From the NCBI RefSeq assembly GCF_009914755.1, contig NC_060934.1: a DNA stretch of 64,000 bases. One strand, 5' to 3'. Position numbers and translations under genes: made by a program. Every line of letters starts with the position of its first letter. Position 1 is the first letter of the stretch. The notes under the pieces were generated by a model. The model was not told the DNA's origin and searched no databases. It saw only the letters and a list, made by a program, of their open reading frames with translations. Below are positions 48,857-64,000 of the stretch, in pieces. This stretch comes from the human T2T-CHM13v2.0 reference genome, Homo sapiens.

Positions 48857-50730
48857 AAAGAATGGCTAAGCTAAAACTTTGTTTTCTACTTTGGATTCAA
48901 TCCTAACTATTTGAACCCCAAATCAAAAGATGGAGAGTCTGGGAGCTTTGGTTTCCCCTACTCAAAAGTATTTTCTCTTAAAGCTAGGCTAATAGGTTGG
49001 AAAGAGGACTCACAGCTTGAAAACACCTAATAAAGGTCATTTTGAAATGCAGACATTAATGTTGGCGAAAGAGAGCTTTCATACAACAAATCATACTAGG
49101 GAGTGTACAGCAGTGTCTTTCCATTGGATTCTTGTTTTAGAGGCAAAAAAATCCTCCCATATGAATTGAGTTATTATTCTAATGTTGTAGTTTAAATCTG
49201 TTAAATAAAGCCAAGATTCAGATCAAAGGTAAAGCAATTTAAAATAAAAAACCTAAGAGCTGAGCTCCTTAACTGAGCTCTGCTAAAACAGAGAAAACTT
49301 AACAAAATAAGAGTATCACCATCTTGAGCTATTCTTCCCAGGAGACGGAAAGAAAAATGGAGCAATAAACAGAAGCAGAGAAATGCAGGGGAGATAAGGA
49401 AGCCAGAGTATTCTGTTATCCATGGGCAGGTGGCTTGTCTGTGTCTCGCTCTTTAACTGAACCCAAATTCTGAATGTGTAAGTGAGGTAGAATAATAAGT
49501 CTTTCCTTCGGTGTTTGATATAGTCTGAAGCTTGTGAATACGGATTCAGAAACATCTGTCTTCCACATCATCTGACTATAGCTTGCCTTAGACTAAAATC
49601 TTGGGTGGAACTAATAGCTCCAGTCATGCGAGTTGATGCTTCCCAGGAAAGGAGGTGGGAACACAGAAATATTAATACAACCATCAGAGAAATGACTTGA
49701 AGCCAGCAGCTGATGTTATTTAGTCTCATTGACTTACAAGGACTGGGTAGTTTTGAAAGGGAGTTATGAACATGGTTAAGGGCTTGCTTGAAGAAAATGT
49801 TGGCAGGTATCAAAACCAGACTGTGGCCACTTCTAAGATTTCAGTTGACATGAATTTGTGGTTGAGAAGTCAGGAGGATTTCTCTGGATCTAGAGTTCAG
49901 TCCTTCCTAGTCCAATGCCAAATCCAAACTGGGCATGAAAGCCAATCTTTATAGAGTCAAAGACACCAACAGTATAAAAACTTTTATAATCTGGTTTCTA
50001 CAACATGATTCTGGTTGGTTAAATTTCCATCATGTTGAGGAAGACGAATGGAAGTCATCAAAGGCAGGGGGCGAGTCTAGGCCTGCTTGGGGTCCAGGGA
50101 TTAAAAAATTTATACTGAGTAATTCCTTAGCCTTCAAGCCCGAAAAATGCAATAATGAAATCAGGTTTGATCCTGAAGAGATAACCTGGGCACTGCAACA
50201 TCAAGTCAAGAATCTTCCATTTTTCTGTTTCAGCTCTAAAAGCAAATTAAGTAAATGTGGCCGAAATCAAACGTTTCAACTTTATGAGTCATCATCCCCA
50301 AAATAATATTTATGTTTATATAAAAGAACAACAAGGTATTATTTCTGAATCTGCATTTAAGATACACTTAGAATCTGTATAATACTTTACATTTATTTTA
50401 TTCCTAATTATTTAAAATCATTCGGAAAGTCACAGGATGATTTTTATGGCAATTTCATGTTCCTGACTTCAAAGAAGTCACATTATTTTCCTAGATAGGC
50501 CCAGCAGCACAGATCCCAAAGTCACAAGACTGCTTATTTTCAGTGCCCTGCTTGGCAGGTCATGCCTAGTCTCCAGATGGGTGGTTTAGTGACATAGAAC
50601 TTCATTTTGAGTTATGAGATCTAAGTAGAGGTCCAAGCTACTACCCCTGGGTCCAGTGATATTGGGCCAATTTGCAGTGATCTATATTTTTGACTTGACT
50701 TATATCTAGCCCCTTTGAAACTGTATTCCC

Positions 50731-51109
<379 letters not shown>

Positions 51110-51232
51110 TTATTGCATCTATGAGAAAAATGCTTTTATGAAATACTGATATACTAAAGCATATAATTTCAAGCCATCTAACCATTGCATAAACATGACA
51201 TGTGAAGTAGCAAACTGTATTTATTAACAACA

Positions 51233-51630
51233 TAGTCTCTGGAGTCAACTTCCTAGCTTTGTATCCCTAGCTTTAATGATACCTATTAGATATGTAATCT
51301 TGAGCAAGTTTTTTAACTTGTCAGTGTCTGAGGTTTTATAAGTTATCTGCCTTATAACTTTTTTCTTCTTCTCCATTCTTTTTTATACTTTATTTTTTTA
51401 ATTCACACATAAAAATCATACATCTTTATGAGATACATAGTGATATTTTGATGCATATATGCATAGTGATCAGATCAGGGTAATTAGCATATCCATCATC
51501 TCAAACAATCAGCATTTCTTCAGTGAGGAAAATAAGGCACATACCTCATACAATAATTATGTGAGAATTAAAAGCAATAATTTATGTAAAGTTATTAAAA
51601 GAATGCCTAATGCATAGTATAGTGCTAGAC
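51233..51630 (+). mobile_element. MIR split by an antisense L1M 3' fragment (about 51360-51520)
   Basis: MIR core pieces flank tttatgagatacatagtgatattttgatgcat..gtaattagcatatccatcatctcaaac. Confidence 0.55.
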
Positions 51631-52241
51631 AGTCTGTTTCTATCAAATCAATATTTGTACATAATTTAAAAAATAAAATAGTACTGAGTGGGAGGAAGGG
51701 GAAGAGGGGTTCTAACCAATCCATAAATGGAATTTCCAGCCTTTAGAGATAGCTTTTTGGCCAGTTCTTGAGCCTACCCTGGGTCCAGAGTCTGTGAAAT
51801 ACTAAAAGGCCTTTTCATCGTCATTTCTTCCTGAAGGCACATAGATTTCCAATGTCTAGTCCCCCCTGTCTTGCATCTTCTGAAACTTCTCGTTTACCGT
51901 GTGTCCTCTCTTATCCTTTGATCTTCAACTTTTTGAAATCATTTACCATCAGCTTTGAAGCAATTGGTATGGTGCAAGGCCGATGGTCTATGTTCAGTGC
52001 ACCACAGTGTTTAATTATGTTAAATATTTTACTATTTAATATAATAATAATGTTCATATTGCTAAATATTTTAATTATGTTAATTAAATAATGTTAAGTA
52101 TTTTACTATATGCCGTCATAATAATGTTAAATATTTTACTATTGTTGTTATTAACACACAATAACAGTATCAGCTGATATGACTATCATAATCATCATTG
52201 AGCTTGTCTGTTCACTATGAATCTAAAAAGTTCAAACAAGG

Positions 52242-52553
<312 letters not shown>

Positions 52554-54269
52554 TCAAACAAGGAAGCATTGGTGAAGAGTCGGAGCCTGGGTATGTTCTG
52601 TATATCTCAGCCCGGCTCTGAATAGTTCAGCAGTAGAAAATCCTTTCTCCTCCCTCTCAGTGACACCCTGATAGTGGCTTTGCTGAAACTTTCTGGGTTT
52701 CTCTCCCCCTGTAACTTTTTAATAGGCCTCCTGACTGACCTTGACCTCCCAGAGACCCTTGGTTCCCTGCGAGTCAGTCTCTCACAAACCCATCTTAGAA
52801 TTCCCGCATTTCCTTCACTTCTCTCTGTTTCCAATTGCCCCTGGTTGGCTTTCTCCTTGTCGGGTCATCAGCAGGTCTCATTAATTCGGCTCACAGATCA
52901 CTGACCCAGCAAGGCATAATTGAGCGTCAGATTAAGTCCTTTAATTGTGGCATGGGGTCCTGAGCTCCTCAGAGAAAAGGATTTTGTGTGGGGGTGAAAT
53001 AACAAGGGAAATAAGACCAAACGATTGCATCCCAGGATGTTTCCAACAATTCCACAAGCAGGTAGTGAAGGGAAAATTAGTATATCATAAAGAGAGGGGT
53101 GAGGCTCCATTGTGTTCTTTGACCTGGGGTTGTAGAAAAGTTGGCAGCAAGGCTGACTGGCGATCAGCAGAGACCTCACATCTGCTCTGGATGGTGCACA
53201 TGGAGAGAAGTAAAGATGACCTTTCTCCCCTTCTTAACTTGGAGTTGTGCAATGGAATGAGGCAAGAGGCTTTGTTTGCCTAGAATGTGAATTATTGGCC
53301 ATCTTCCCTCGGGCCTTTAGATACAAGGACTCAAATTTGTGAAGCAAGCTTGAGTTTCCGTTCCTGTCTCTTCTCGCCTTTCTGAGTACTGTGTAATCAT
53401 CGTGCAGAGATAATTGAGATTCTGGTTGCAACTGAAATCTCTGCTCTTCCGGAAGTTTCCCTTGACTTTGGGATTCTCCAGTTAATTTTTGTAAGTATAT
53501 TCTATGGAGATATAAATGCCCTAAAAAAGACTGCCATGCAATGGAAACCTCTGGTTTTACAAAGGAGATTCCAGCTCTATTGAGAAAGAGCAGAGAACAA
53601 ATGTGGAAAAAATACAAAGACACAACCCCACAACAGCAAGAGTGAAGAGTTTGGAAGTGATACATGCAACAGGGCAATTGTTTGGCAACTTCCTTCCTAC
53701 CAAGAGCCAAAACTGCAAGACCAAGCTAGGAAGAGTACACAGCGAATCACGCGGCCTGTGAGTACTATTAAATAAGGGAATAATTTAGGTGAAGATGCTG
53801 TCCTGGGCTGAAAACTCCTGCATTGTAATTGGTGGATAGAAAAGAAACATTGGGAAAATCTCAAGTGAGAAATCCTTGGTGGATTTAACTCTCCATTCCC
53901 ACCATCCCTTAGCAAACCTCCCAGCAAGTTGAGGAGTCGTGCCAGTGGCATACAATGTTTTGGTTTAATAGACGATTGTTTATCTTGGCTGCTCAAATTC
54001 CACATGTCATCTCCTACCTTCTCATGGGTTGAATGATGCTGAATTCATGGAAGAGATAAGAAAACTTGCCCTTTGGAATAAAATAAAGAAAATACATTTT
54101 GATTTATCAGATACTTCATAGAATAAATGAAGGTATACCTATTCTTTAAATATCCCTCCACCATCCATTATTTTTCCCACTTTTACTTTCCCAGGAATAG
54201 ATATTAGCAAGACTGAACAATGATAATTTACACCAGCCTCAGACCATTCAGGACATGTCCTATTTTTTT

Positions 54270-54413
54270 AAATTAATTTTACATTTTTTATAAAGAATTT
54301 TTTAGCAGCTTTAGGTTCACAGCAAAATTGTACAGAGCTATAAAGATTTCCCACATACTCCCCAACTCCATATGCATAACTTTCTGTATTATCAACATTC
54401 CCCATGAGAGTGG
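54270..54413 (-). mobile_element. L1M 3' end fragment
   Basis: ttttagcagctttaggttcacagcaaaattg motif. Confidence 0.6.
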
Positions 54414-55786
54414 TCTGAGACCTTTGTTAAACTAAAGCAGCCTCTCTGTCCAATCACAACACTGAGTGAATTATAATACCCACCATCATTCTCCAGCTTT
54501 AAATAAAGTAAGAAAAATAACAGAGTATCTTATCATAGAAGTGACTTTTAAGTAATCATTTCGTCAAGATTCTTTTGGTAAATACAGGATTTAATTTTCC
54601 TACAGTCACTTCTGTAGGAAAATTAAAGTAGTTTATGGAAAAGAAAATGTGAGAGGTTTATTAAATTAGGGAAAACCATGGCCAATAGAGCAAAAAAGTG
54701 ACGGGGTGAGGATGGTATTTAACCAACTAGCCCTACTGAAAAATACTAAGATGGCATACAGTTCTCTATCTTTCCATAAGTGGTGATTTTAAAATAATAT
54801 TTGGAAGCTTGCACCTCACTCCCAAAGATGCAGCTGCTGTGCTGTTTTTCTTGGCATGTTTAAGGATCCTCCATGGGTACTGAAGAAACCTGAGCTTCGA
54901 AACTCAGCAACTCTAGAACTAGACTGCTGAATGGTTCTCTGGAGAGTTCAAATATTTGAGTGAAAAGATATGTCGAAAACTCACTTCTTGTTTGGATGCA
55001 AGGAAATATGGACACGGGACCAGGTGTGAAAACATGACGGAGCTTCTGTAAATGTGTTGGGTATCGCTGGTCTCACGGGAAGATGGGAAATGATCCTTCC
55101 CAAGCTGTAGAATCTTGGCCGAAAAACACAGCTTCCCGATTTGTACTAAGGAGACGTGTCCACCTCAGCTTTGGTGACCCGGTTTTCTTGGGGCTTTCAA
55201 TTAGGAGCACATTCCTTTTCTCCCTTTACTGTTTTCAAGTTTAGTTCAGGTCAATAAGCACCTGAAGCTTTTTGGACAGCAAATAATAAGCTTAATCAGC
55301 CTCCTGATGAGTGAAAATGCTCTCTGAGTCTTACAGCACTTGAGCTCTTAGCATTTTCCCATTCAAGATAAGCCTAGATAATATCTAGGATCAAATGTGG
55401 TTGATGAGGTTTGAAGTGCCCAAGTGCTTACCCCTTTTTTTTTTTAAAGAGAACTTAGCCCTATTCCACCCATAAAAGTGGACTATTAAATGCATGGTTT
55501 TCTCGCACCAAATCTTCCCTTTTTAAAAAAATTTTCTTTGAAGCCCAAATTTAAATGTGTCAAGAAATTTCTGCAGCAAAGTTAGTTGCACATGGGATTC
55601 GAAGAGGCCAAGGAAGAGCTTGTTTCAAACTTGGAATATGGCTGAAATACACAATAGTCATGTCTGTAGAAGTTACTAAAGTCTGTTGAATTTGACGAGG
55701 GCTGGTAGAAATTGAAATAGTGGTTTTATGGAAATCAATAATCCATAAGCAATTCATGGTGGCTTTTTCAGAAGCATGTCGATGAC

Positions 55787-55873
55787 TCTTTTCTTTCTTT
55801 CTCTTTCTTTCTTTCTTTCTCTTTCTTTCTTTTTCTTTCTTTCTTTCTCTCTTTCTTTCTTTCTTTCTCTCCC

Positions 55874-55914
<41 letters not shown>

Positions 55915-55948
55915 TGTCTCTCTTTCTTTTCTTTCTTTTTTTTTTTTT
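55787..55948. repeat. (TTTC)n polypyrimidine tract
   Basis: Seen directly. Confidence 0.93.
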
Positions 55949-56060
55949 GTAGAGATGGGGATCTCACTATGTTGCCCAAGTTGGTCTTGAACTCTGAGCC
56001 TTAAGCGATCCTCCCACCTTGGCCTCCCAAAGTTCTGAGATTACAGGTGTGAGCCGACAA
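55949..56060 (-). mobile_element. Alu left monomer (FLAM/AluJ fragment)
   Basis: gtagagatggg..ggcctcccaaagttctgagattacagg. Confidence 0.85.
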
Positions 56061-56683
56061 CTCCTCCCACCCCTGTGACTTTCTTTGGTAAATTAACTTA
56101 GATACTATTCATAAACGAAAGAACCAAAAAGGAATATCTGAGTCATCCTGTTAAGAGGGGGAATTTATTTCAGTAAACTTGGCACAGAGCTCATCTGCCC
56201 TAGGAAAAGCCCTCTCTGTGGCACCTGAGTTGCATGGTCCTTGCCTAGTGCCCTTTTAATTTCTGCTTAGCAGTTGAAAGCATGGCTTGCTTCTCTGTCA
56301 GTCTGCTCTGCTGCTTCTGATCTCCCAGGCCCCTAGACCCAGACCCAAGGCCTGCTCTACACAAGACCAAGGCTTACCTGGCAGTGTGCCTGAGAAGGGC
56401 CACTTTATCGCTACATCCTGATGATGATGAAAAGGCATGGCCATCTGTAACGGATACTCACCCCAAAGTGAGCATTGTCTCTGCAACACAGCATGGGAAA
56501 CCTAGGAATGACACATATTCTTGTCAAATTTCACCTGCAGTGGACCTTACAGATAAATGTGAAGTGAGTTTTGGTTTTGGACAAAGCTAGGCAGTGCTAG
56601 TTTGAGATACAATGCAGGGTCTTTAGGTCTTGCCCAAATTCTCAGGTTTCAATTGAAATAAATTCAGCTTATTTAATTCATGG

Positions 56684-57589
56684 TGTATTAGGCCATTCTT
56701 GCATTGCTATAACGAAATATCTAAGACTGTGTAATTAATAAAGAAAAGAGGTTTCATTGGCTCACAGTTCTGCAGGCTGTCCAGGAAGCATGGCCCCAGC
56801 ATCTGCTCAGCTTCTGGTGAGGGCCTCGGGAAGCCTACAATTATGGTGGAAGGCAAAGAGGGAGCAAGCTTGTCCCATGGCTACAGCGGGAGCAAGAGAA
56901 AAAGCGGGCAAGTTGCCACACAATGTTAAGCTACCAGATCTCTTGAGAAATAATTCACTATCATGAGGTCAGCACGAAGGGGATGACACAACCATTCATG
57001 AAAAATCTGCCCCACCCCCCCCACCCCCAACAAACCACCCTCCCACCAGGCTCCACCTCCAACACTGGTGTGAAAGGAAAATAAATCTTGGCATTCCAAA
57101 AATCACTAAGCTAAAGGGAAAGTCAAGCTGGGACCCGCTTAGGGCAAACCTGCCTCCCATTCTATTCAAAGTCATCCCTCTGCTCACTGAGATAAATGCT
57201 ATCTGATTGCCTCCTTTGGAGAGGCTAATCAGAAACTTAAAATAATGCAGCCATTTGTCTCTTACCTACCTATGACCTGGAAGCCCCCTCCCCGCTTCGA
57301 GTTGTCTCATATTTGCTTCCAGTTGTCTCTCCTTTTGGGACCAAACCATTCTTCATCTTACACATATTGTTTGATGTCTCATGTCTCCCTACAATGTATA
57401 AAACCTAGCTGTGCCCCAGCCTCCTTGGGCACATGTCATCAGAACCTCTTGAGGCTGAGTCACGGGTATGCATCCTTAGCCTTGGCAAAATAAGCTTTCT
57501 ACATTGACCCTGTCTCAGATATTCAGGGTTCATACTGGGAATTACATTTCAACATGAGATTTAGAGGGGACAATATTCAAACCATAACA
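56684..57589 (-). mobile_element. MSTB-like MaLR LTR split by a MER4 LTR
   Basis: tgtattaggccattcttgcattgctata...aaccataaca. Confidence 0.88.
57069..57534 (+). mobile_element. MER4A-like ERV1 solo LTR
   Basis: tgtgaaaggaaaataaatctt start; 4-bp TSD ctgg (57065-57068 and 57535-57538). Confidence 0.88.
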
Positions 57590-57860
57590 TATGTGTTATA
57601 GGAACCCAGAGGGAAACACTCACTCCTGATTAGAAACTTCAGAAAACAGCAATTATGAAGAAGATAGCACTTGAGCAAGACTGCGCAGAGGAAGCAGAAA
57701 GTGGATCTGTCATGTGGAGGAGTTGGGGAGTGGCAGTGTGCAACGGAAGCAGAGGTGGTGGGGCAAAAATGGGAGTTGACAGTAGGAGGAGAGGTAGGAG
57801 AAAAGCTGAAAAAGCAGCTTAAGGGTCCTACCCCAGTGAATTCTGACTTCTATGCCAAGA

Positions 57861-58171
57861 TATATTAGTCTGTTCTCACGCTGCTAATAAAGACATAACC
57901 AAGACTGGGTAATTTGTAAAGGAAAGAGGTTTAATTGACTCATACAGCATGGCTGGGGAGGCATCAGGAAACATACAATCATGGCAGAAGGCACCTCTTC
58001 ACAGGGTGGCAGGAGAGAGAATGGGAGCCAAGCAAAGGGGGAAAAGCCCCTTATAAAACCATCACCCCATGGTTCAATTACCTCCCACCAGGTCCCTCTC
58101 ATGACATGTGAGGATTATGGGAACTACAGTTGAAAGTGAGATTTGGGTGGGGACACACCCAAACCATATCA
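57861..58171 (-). mobile_element. THE1D-like LTR
   Basis: THE1 ends; TSD caaga/caagg. Confidence 0.88.
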
Positions 58172-58500
58172 CAAGGGATGTAGATTATTCTCTGGACACA
58201 TGGGAGCCATTGAAGATTCCTGAGAAGGAGAGTATCATAATCAGAGCAGATTTTTAGAAAGATGAATCTGACTGTGCTAGTGGATTGGATTGGAGACAGG
58301 AAGGACAAGAAGCAGACATCAACTAGGAGGCCATTGAGTAATTCTCAAGTGAAATGAGGGTGTGGGTCACAGGTGACAGTGATACGGGAAGTCAGGCACA
58401 GAAGGGAGATATGTGAGAAAAGAGGGATCAGTGACTTGCATGTGAGTTGGACCTGAAGGGAGATGGAAAAGGGAACTACAAGGCTACCATTAGTTTCCAA
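58172..58500 (-). mobile_element. L2 fragment
   Basis: tgggagccattgaagatt..ttttagaaagatgaatctgactg..ctaggaggccattg. Confidence 0.55.
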
Positions 58501-58665
58501 GTCAAAGTGACAATGGCCTCTAAGTTACCAAGGATGGACAAAGGGAATCAATCTTAGATATGTATCCAAGTCTAGCCACAAAGTTAGAGGACAGCAGGAC
58601 AGAAATGAGCTAACAGCCAGAAACGCAGATTGGTGGTGGGGAAGGGTATGCACAAGGTAGGACCC

Positions 58666-59083
58666 TGTCTTAGTTAATTTTGTGCAGCCGTAATGGAATA
58701 ACTGGGACTGGGTAATTTATAAAGAACAGATATTTATTTCTTACAGTTCTGGAAGCTGGGAAGTCCAAGGTCAAGGGGCCCACATCTGGCGAGGGCCTTC
58801 TTGCTGTGTCATCTCATGGCAGAAGGTGGAAGGGCGAAACAGCATGTGTGTGCAAGAAAGAGAGGAGGCCAATGTTATTCTCCTTTCATCAGGAGCCCAT
58901 TCCCACAATAACTAACCCTCTCCTGCAGTAACTAACCCACTTGCAAGATAATGGCATTAATGCATGCATGAGGACTAAACCCTTGACCTAACCACCTTTT
59001 AAAGGTCCCATCTCTCAACACTGTTGCATGGGAGATTAAGTTTCCAACACATGCTTTATGGGGAACATATCCAAACCATAGAA
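58666..59083 (-). mobile_element. MSTD/MLT1A-like MaLR LTR
   Basis: Perfect 5-bp TSD gaccc; MaLR ends. Confidence 0.85.
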
Positions 59084-59137
59084 GACCCCAGGGCAGCTCG
59101 CACAGTGCTGCTTACTTAGTACCTTTTCAACAAAGGC

Positions 59138-59376
59138 AGGTGCTTCTCAACTTGCAATGGGGCAATGTCCCAATTTCAACCCACCCTAGGTTGAAAATAG
59201 CATAAGTTGAAGACACATTTAATGCCCCAATAAACCCAGCACAAAGCCAAAAAATTGTAAGTTGAACCATTGTAAGTCCAGATGATCTTCAACTTATGAT
59301 GGGGTTATGTCCTAATAAGCCCATTGCAAAACTGAAAAATTGTTAAGTCAAACCATCATAAGTCAGGGATCATCTG
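59138..59376. mobile_element. MER47-like Tigger DNA transposon remnant
   Basis: cag(g/a)tg..caactt..atgggg unit present twice; closes with cataagtcagggatcatctg. Confidence 0.65.
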
Positions 59377-61647
59377 AACTAATTAAATGAATAAGAGTGA
59401 AATGGGGGAGAAAAATATGCATATATATACATTCATTAGACCCGCTTACAACAAAGATTGAATGCAATGAAATTCAGATATAAACAAAGGCTGGAAAGTA
59501 TAAAAGACCTGATGAAGCACGTGCTCTAAAAAGCTTAGTTAAATTGAAACCATTCCTGCCATCTAGAATTGACTTAATAAAATAGGCATAGCATGATGTA
59601 ATTATGGCATAGGACATAACTTGCATTAATGAAGTATAACAACCACTCATGAAATCCAATAATATTTTTAAAGTATCAAGAGTACTCCTTTGCTCAGTAA
59701 ATTATGTAATCAAAATGAATCTATGGCATCCTTCTAAAGTAATGTAATTTCTGAATCCAAGAATTCAGGCACTATACTGCCAGAAGTGGCTCATTACATG
59801 GGATGTCAAGCATTTTGAATCTGAGTACATTCCATCCATCAACTGTTGTTTTGTTTTATTCTACTTTGTTTACCCTCCTGAAATTAGCAGCATGTGATAA
59901 CAGTAAAGTTATAGACAATGGTCAATTCTCCAAGCACTTGATTTTTTTCTTTCTCATTTCTTGGGAGTTTGGGTGCTAGTGGAAGATAAATGTGAATACT
60001 TGTCCAAGAAACTGTCAGTGGTGGGAAAGAAATGGGGGACTGTAATAATATTACCAATCTGTATTTATATAGCATCCTTACTTGAAAGAGCTTAGAATGG
60101 TTTTAGAACTGTTACATTACAACAGTGTACGTGGAAAATATGATGGTATTCATATTATAGATTTTTTAGCCTGGTCAATAAAACTTTCTGTACTCCACCA
60201 ATAAAGAGTATTATTAAGATGTCAACTCTTAAATCCGAGTCCTCTTTTCATGAATGGTCAGTTCTTTCTAAATCTCTGTAGTGAATATATCACCCGAAAT
60301 GGTTTTCACTAAAATTCCCTTAGGTGCAGAGCCAAGCAGGATTAACAATTTGAAGAATCATGGGCCTTTAATTTTCAAAGGAAATAATGTTACCACCTGA
60401 GTAATGGTGCAGGATGAAGGTAGAAAGAAAAGAGTGAGCTGGAAAAGTGGAGAAGAGAGTTGTGTAGAGAAACCTTCCTGTGCAACGTGCACCTTTTAAC
60501 TATGAATAAATAAGTAAATGATTAAAAGGACATTCCAACTCTGTCAATGGAGTCCAGAAATTTCCAAGTTACTCCTCACCTTTTTTCAAGCCAGTTGCCA
60601 AGGATAAGGTAAAATGAGTTCTAGCTAATGGAATTCATAAATCATTTGTAAGTGCCTGGGCACCTTTACACTTTAGCATTCTTTTGTGTGGTCCTCAAAT
60701 GAATTGGCAGGTAAGGCATTTAAAATACCTCTCAGCCACTGTCCTTTTCTCACTGCCACAAACCCTCAAAGAAAGGCAGAGATGGTGAACTAGCAATTCT
60801 GCCTTCCAGCCCTACCAGTGATTTCCCCTCAGGCAGCTAGGAGCAGAGATCGGATCTATTCAGATTATGAAAAGAGAGTCAGCAAAAATAGAAAAACACG
60901 GCTCGGCTGCCCTTCCATTTAGCCCTCAAATATTCATGGAGGGGCTGCTGGGAGCTAGCTTTGTGAAGGATCCCAAAATAAGTAAAACCCAGCTCCTGGC
61001 CTCAAAAATCACTTATCAAGGGAGGGGCTAGGAAACTCCCCCTTGGTGCCACTGTTGGAGGTGGCTGAGCCAGCAAACCTTTGCACCCAGCCTCCTTGGG
61101 CTATTTGCAAACCCTTCTAATATGTCCTCTTTTAGCCTAGAGGAAGTGGCAGGGCAAAACTATGAATTATTTAATTTGTCGTGGCTTCCTCTGGTCCTAT
61201 CCATCCACTTCTCTCTTCTCCATGAAGCTTGTCCTCCCTCCCTGGCCCGTCTCAGAAACATCACCATTTGGTTCACATCTTCCTCACTCTCTCAGGAAAG
61301 GGTCTGAAGTCTGTTGTTGAACAAGAACTGGTGTGTATTTTCTCTTGTGATCAGAACACAGCAAAGCATCTTGAACAACAGACAGTCACTAAAGTAAGGA
61401 GGCTGATTTTTCTTGCATGGCTTATGGAAAGCTGTATCCTCCCTTCTTGTAGAGACAGCCCCACCCAACTCTTAGCAAAAATTTAAGTCCCAGCGACATT
61501 TGCACTTAAGGTGTTGTTGCAGTTCAAACTATTTCAAGCATTATGAACTGGTGTGTGGGGCGGTAATTTGAGGGCAAAGAGTGCTTTCTGAGACCTGTCT
61601 GAAATAACTCTACTCATATGACAACACAACATTCTTCAGTCTCTGAA

Positions 61648-62145
61648 CCTGTACTGTCCAATATGGTAGCTACATGTGACTGTTTACATTTAAATTAATC
61701 AAAATTAAATCAACTGAATACAGTGGCTCATGCTTGTAATCCCAACACTTTGGGAGGCTGAATTGGGCCGATTGCTTGAGCCTAGCAGTTCAAGACTAGC
61801 CTAGGCAATATGGTGAAACTCCACCTCTATAAAAATACAAAGAATTGGCTGGGCATAGTGGCTCGGGCCTGTTAGTCCCAGCTACTCGGGAGGCTAAGGT
61901 GGGAGGATGGCTTCAGCCCAGGAGGCAGAGGCTGCAGTGAGCTGAGATCGCATCACTACACTCCAACCTGGGCACCAGAATAAGAACCTGTCTCAAAAAA
62001 AGAATTAAAGTAATTTAAAATTCAGAGTCTCAATGAATCTAAATATTTCAAGGGCTCAGTGGTCACACGTAACTGGTGGCCATCATATTGAACAGCACAG
62101 AATGTTTATTTCCATCTTCTCAGAAATGTCTCTTGGACAGTGCTG
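61648..62145. mobile_element. MER3-like hAT element split by an Alu
   Basis: Inverted ends ctgtccaa/ttggacag; MER3-like body. Confidence 0.7.
61713..62000 (+). mobile_element. AluJ-like
   Basis: Diverged dimer. Confidence 0.9.
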
Positions 62146-62362
62146 CTCCAAATCAATATTCAAACCATAGCTGAGGATCACTTTTAGATGGGAAGATCAT
62201 GAAACAGCAATTTAACCATTTATATAAAAAATCAGGCACAATTTAAAAAAAGAAAGATACAGTTGTGCAAAACAATTTATTCTCTTGCAACATAATACGA
62301 TCAGAGACAACATTTTTTGTTATATACCAAAGAAAGAACACAACAAAACTTCCTAGATACAT

Positions 62363-62684
<322 letters not shown>

Positions 62685-63061
62685 TTAAGTGAGATAAGAA
62701 AAACAAACCAACATCTTTTAAACAGGCATAGTTTTAGGAGATCTATGGTAAAGAGGCACCTCATAATGATAATAATTCTCAAATAGTACTCTAAAATTAA
62801 CATAAATATTTTTATTTTCATATTGCTCCTTTGGTGTCTAATGAAAACACACATCAAAGGCCTGCAGTGTTATAATTTGGTATATCATTACACAACACAC
62901 AAGGCAATCTCCAGCCAATCAGAAATGGGGCAAAGTACAGAAACCAGAAGCAAAGGGAATGGCACTAAATACAAACAGGGCCATGGGACAGATACTCATG
63001 GGACCCCTCTGGGCGTTCCAGCAGCTGGGGAAGCTTGTTTTTGCCTCTTAACAAGATCTGG

Positions 63062-63755
<694 letters not shown>

Positions 63756-64000
63756 CAGTGTTCTCTTTCTTGATGGCAGCAGAAGTATTGGCTTTTCCAG
63801 ACCTGGCTCTCTCTTGGCCCATTGCTGCCACTCTGTGGGCCTGGTCTGGAGCATGCCAGTGGCTTCACCAATGTGAGACAGTAGAGCGGTGAAGGTGACA
63901 CAGCCAGACAGAGCCGTGAACTGCACGCTGGTAAGATTTTAAGAATGGCCAGTTTGGTGGCTGAATTTCAGGGAAGAAACAGGTTTCTATCCTTGAGTCC

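Noticed and set aside
53234-53710. 158-aa minus-strand ORF
   Set aside because: No recognisable protein and a non-ATG start; kept only as a weak non-coding candidate.
55560-55979. Lys/Glu/Arg-rich ORF
   Set aside because: Translation of the (GAAA)n repeat.

Overview
Primate (human or ape-like) genomic DNA. I find no supportable protein-coding gene, RNA gene or CRISPR array. The long ORFs in the track are L1, Alu, MaLR or microsatellite read-throughs, or chance ORFs. The left ~34 kb is very transposon-dense. It holds three copies of one old LTR family, each split by a second LTR; an LTR1; a complete THE1 LTR-internal-LTR element; and a four-level nest (L1M > MSTD > near full-length L1PA > AluY). 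The right half has longer repeat-poor stretches, an ancient Penelope-like palindrome, a processed RPL23 pseudogene with an Alu in its 5' TOP tract, a perfect 53-bp VNTR, and further Alu, MaLR and DNA-transposon fossils. Subfamily names come from recalled consensus sequences and need RepeatMasker/Dfam confirmation. I cannot identify the chromosomal locus. I see no new biological system, only several structural oddities listed as findings.
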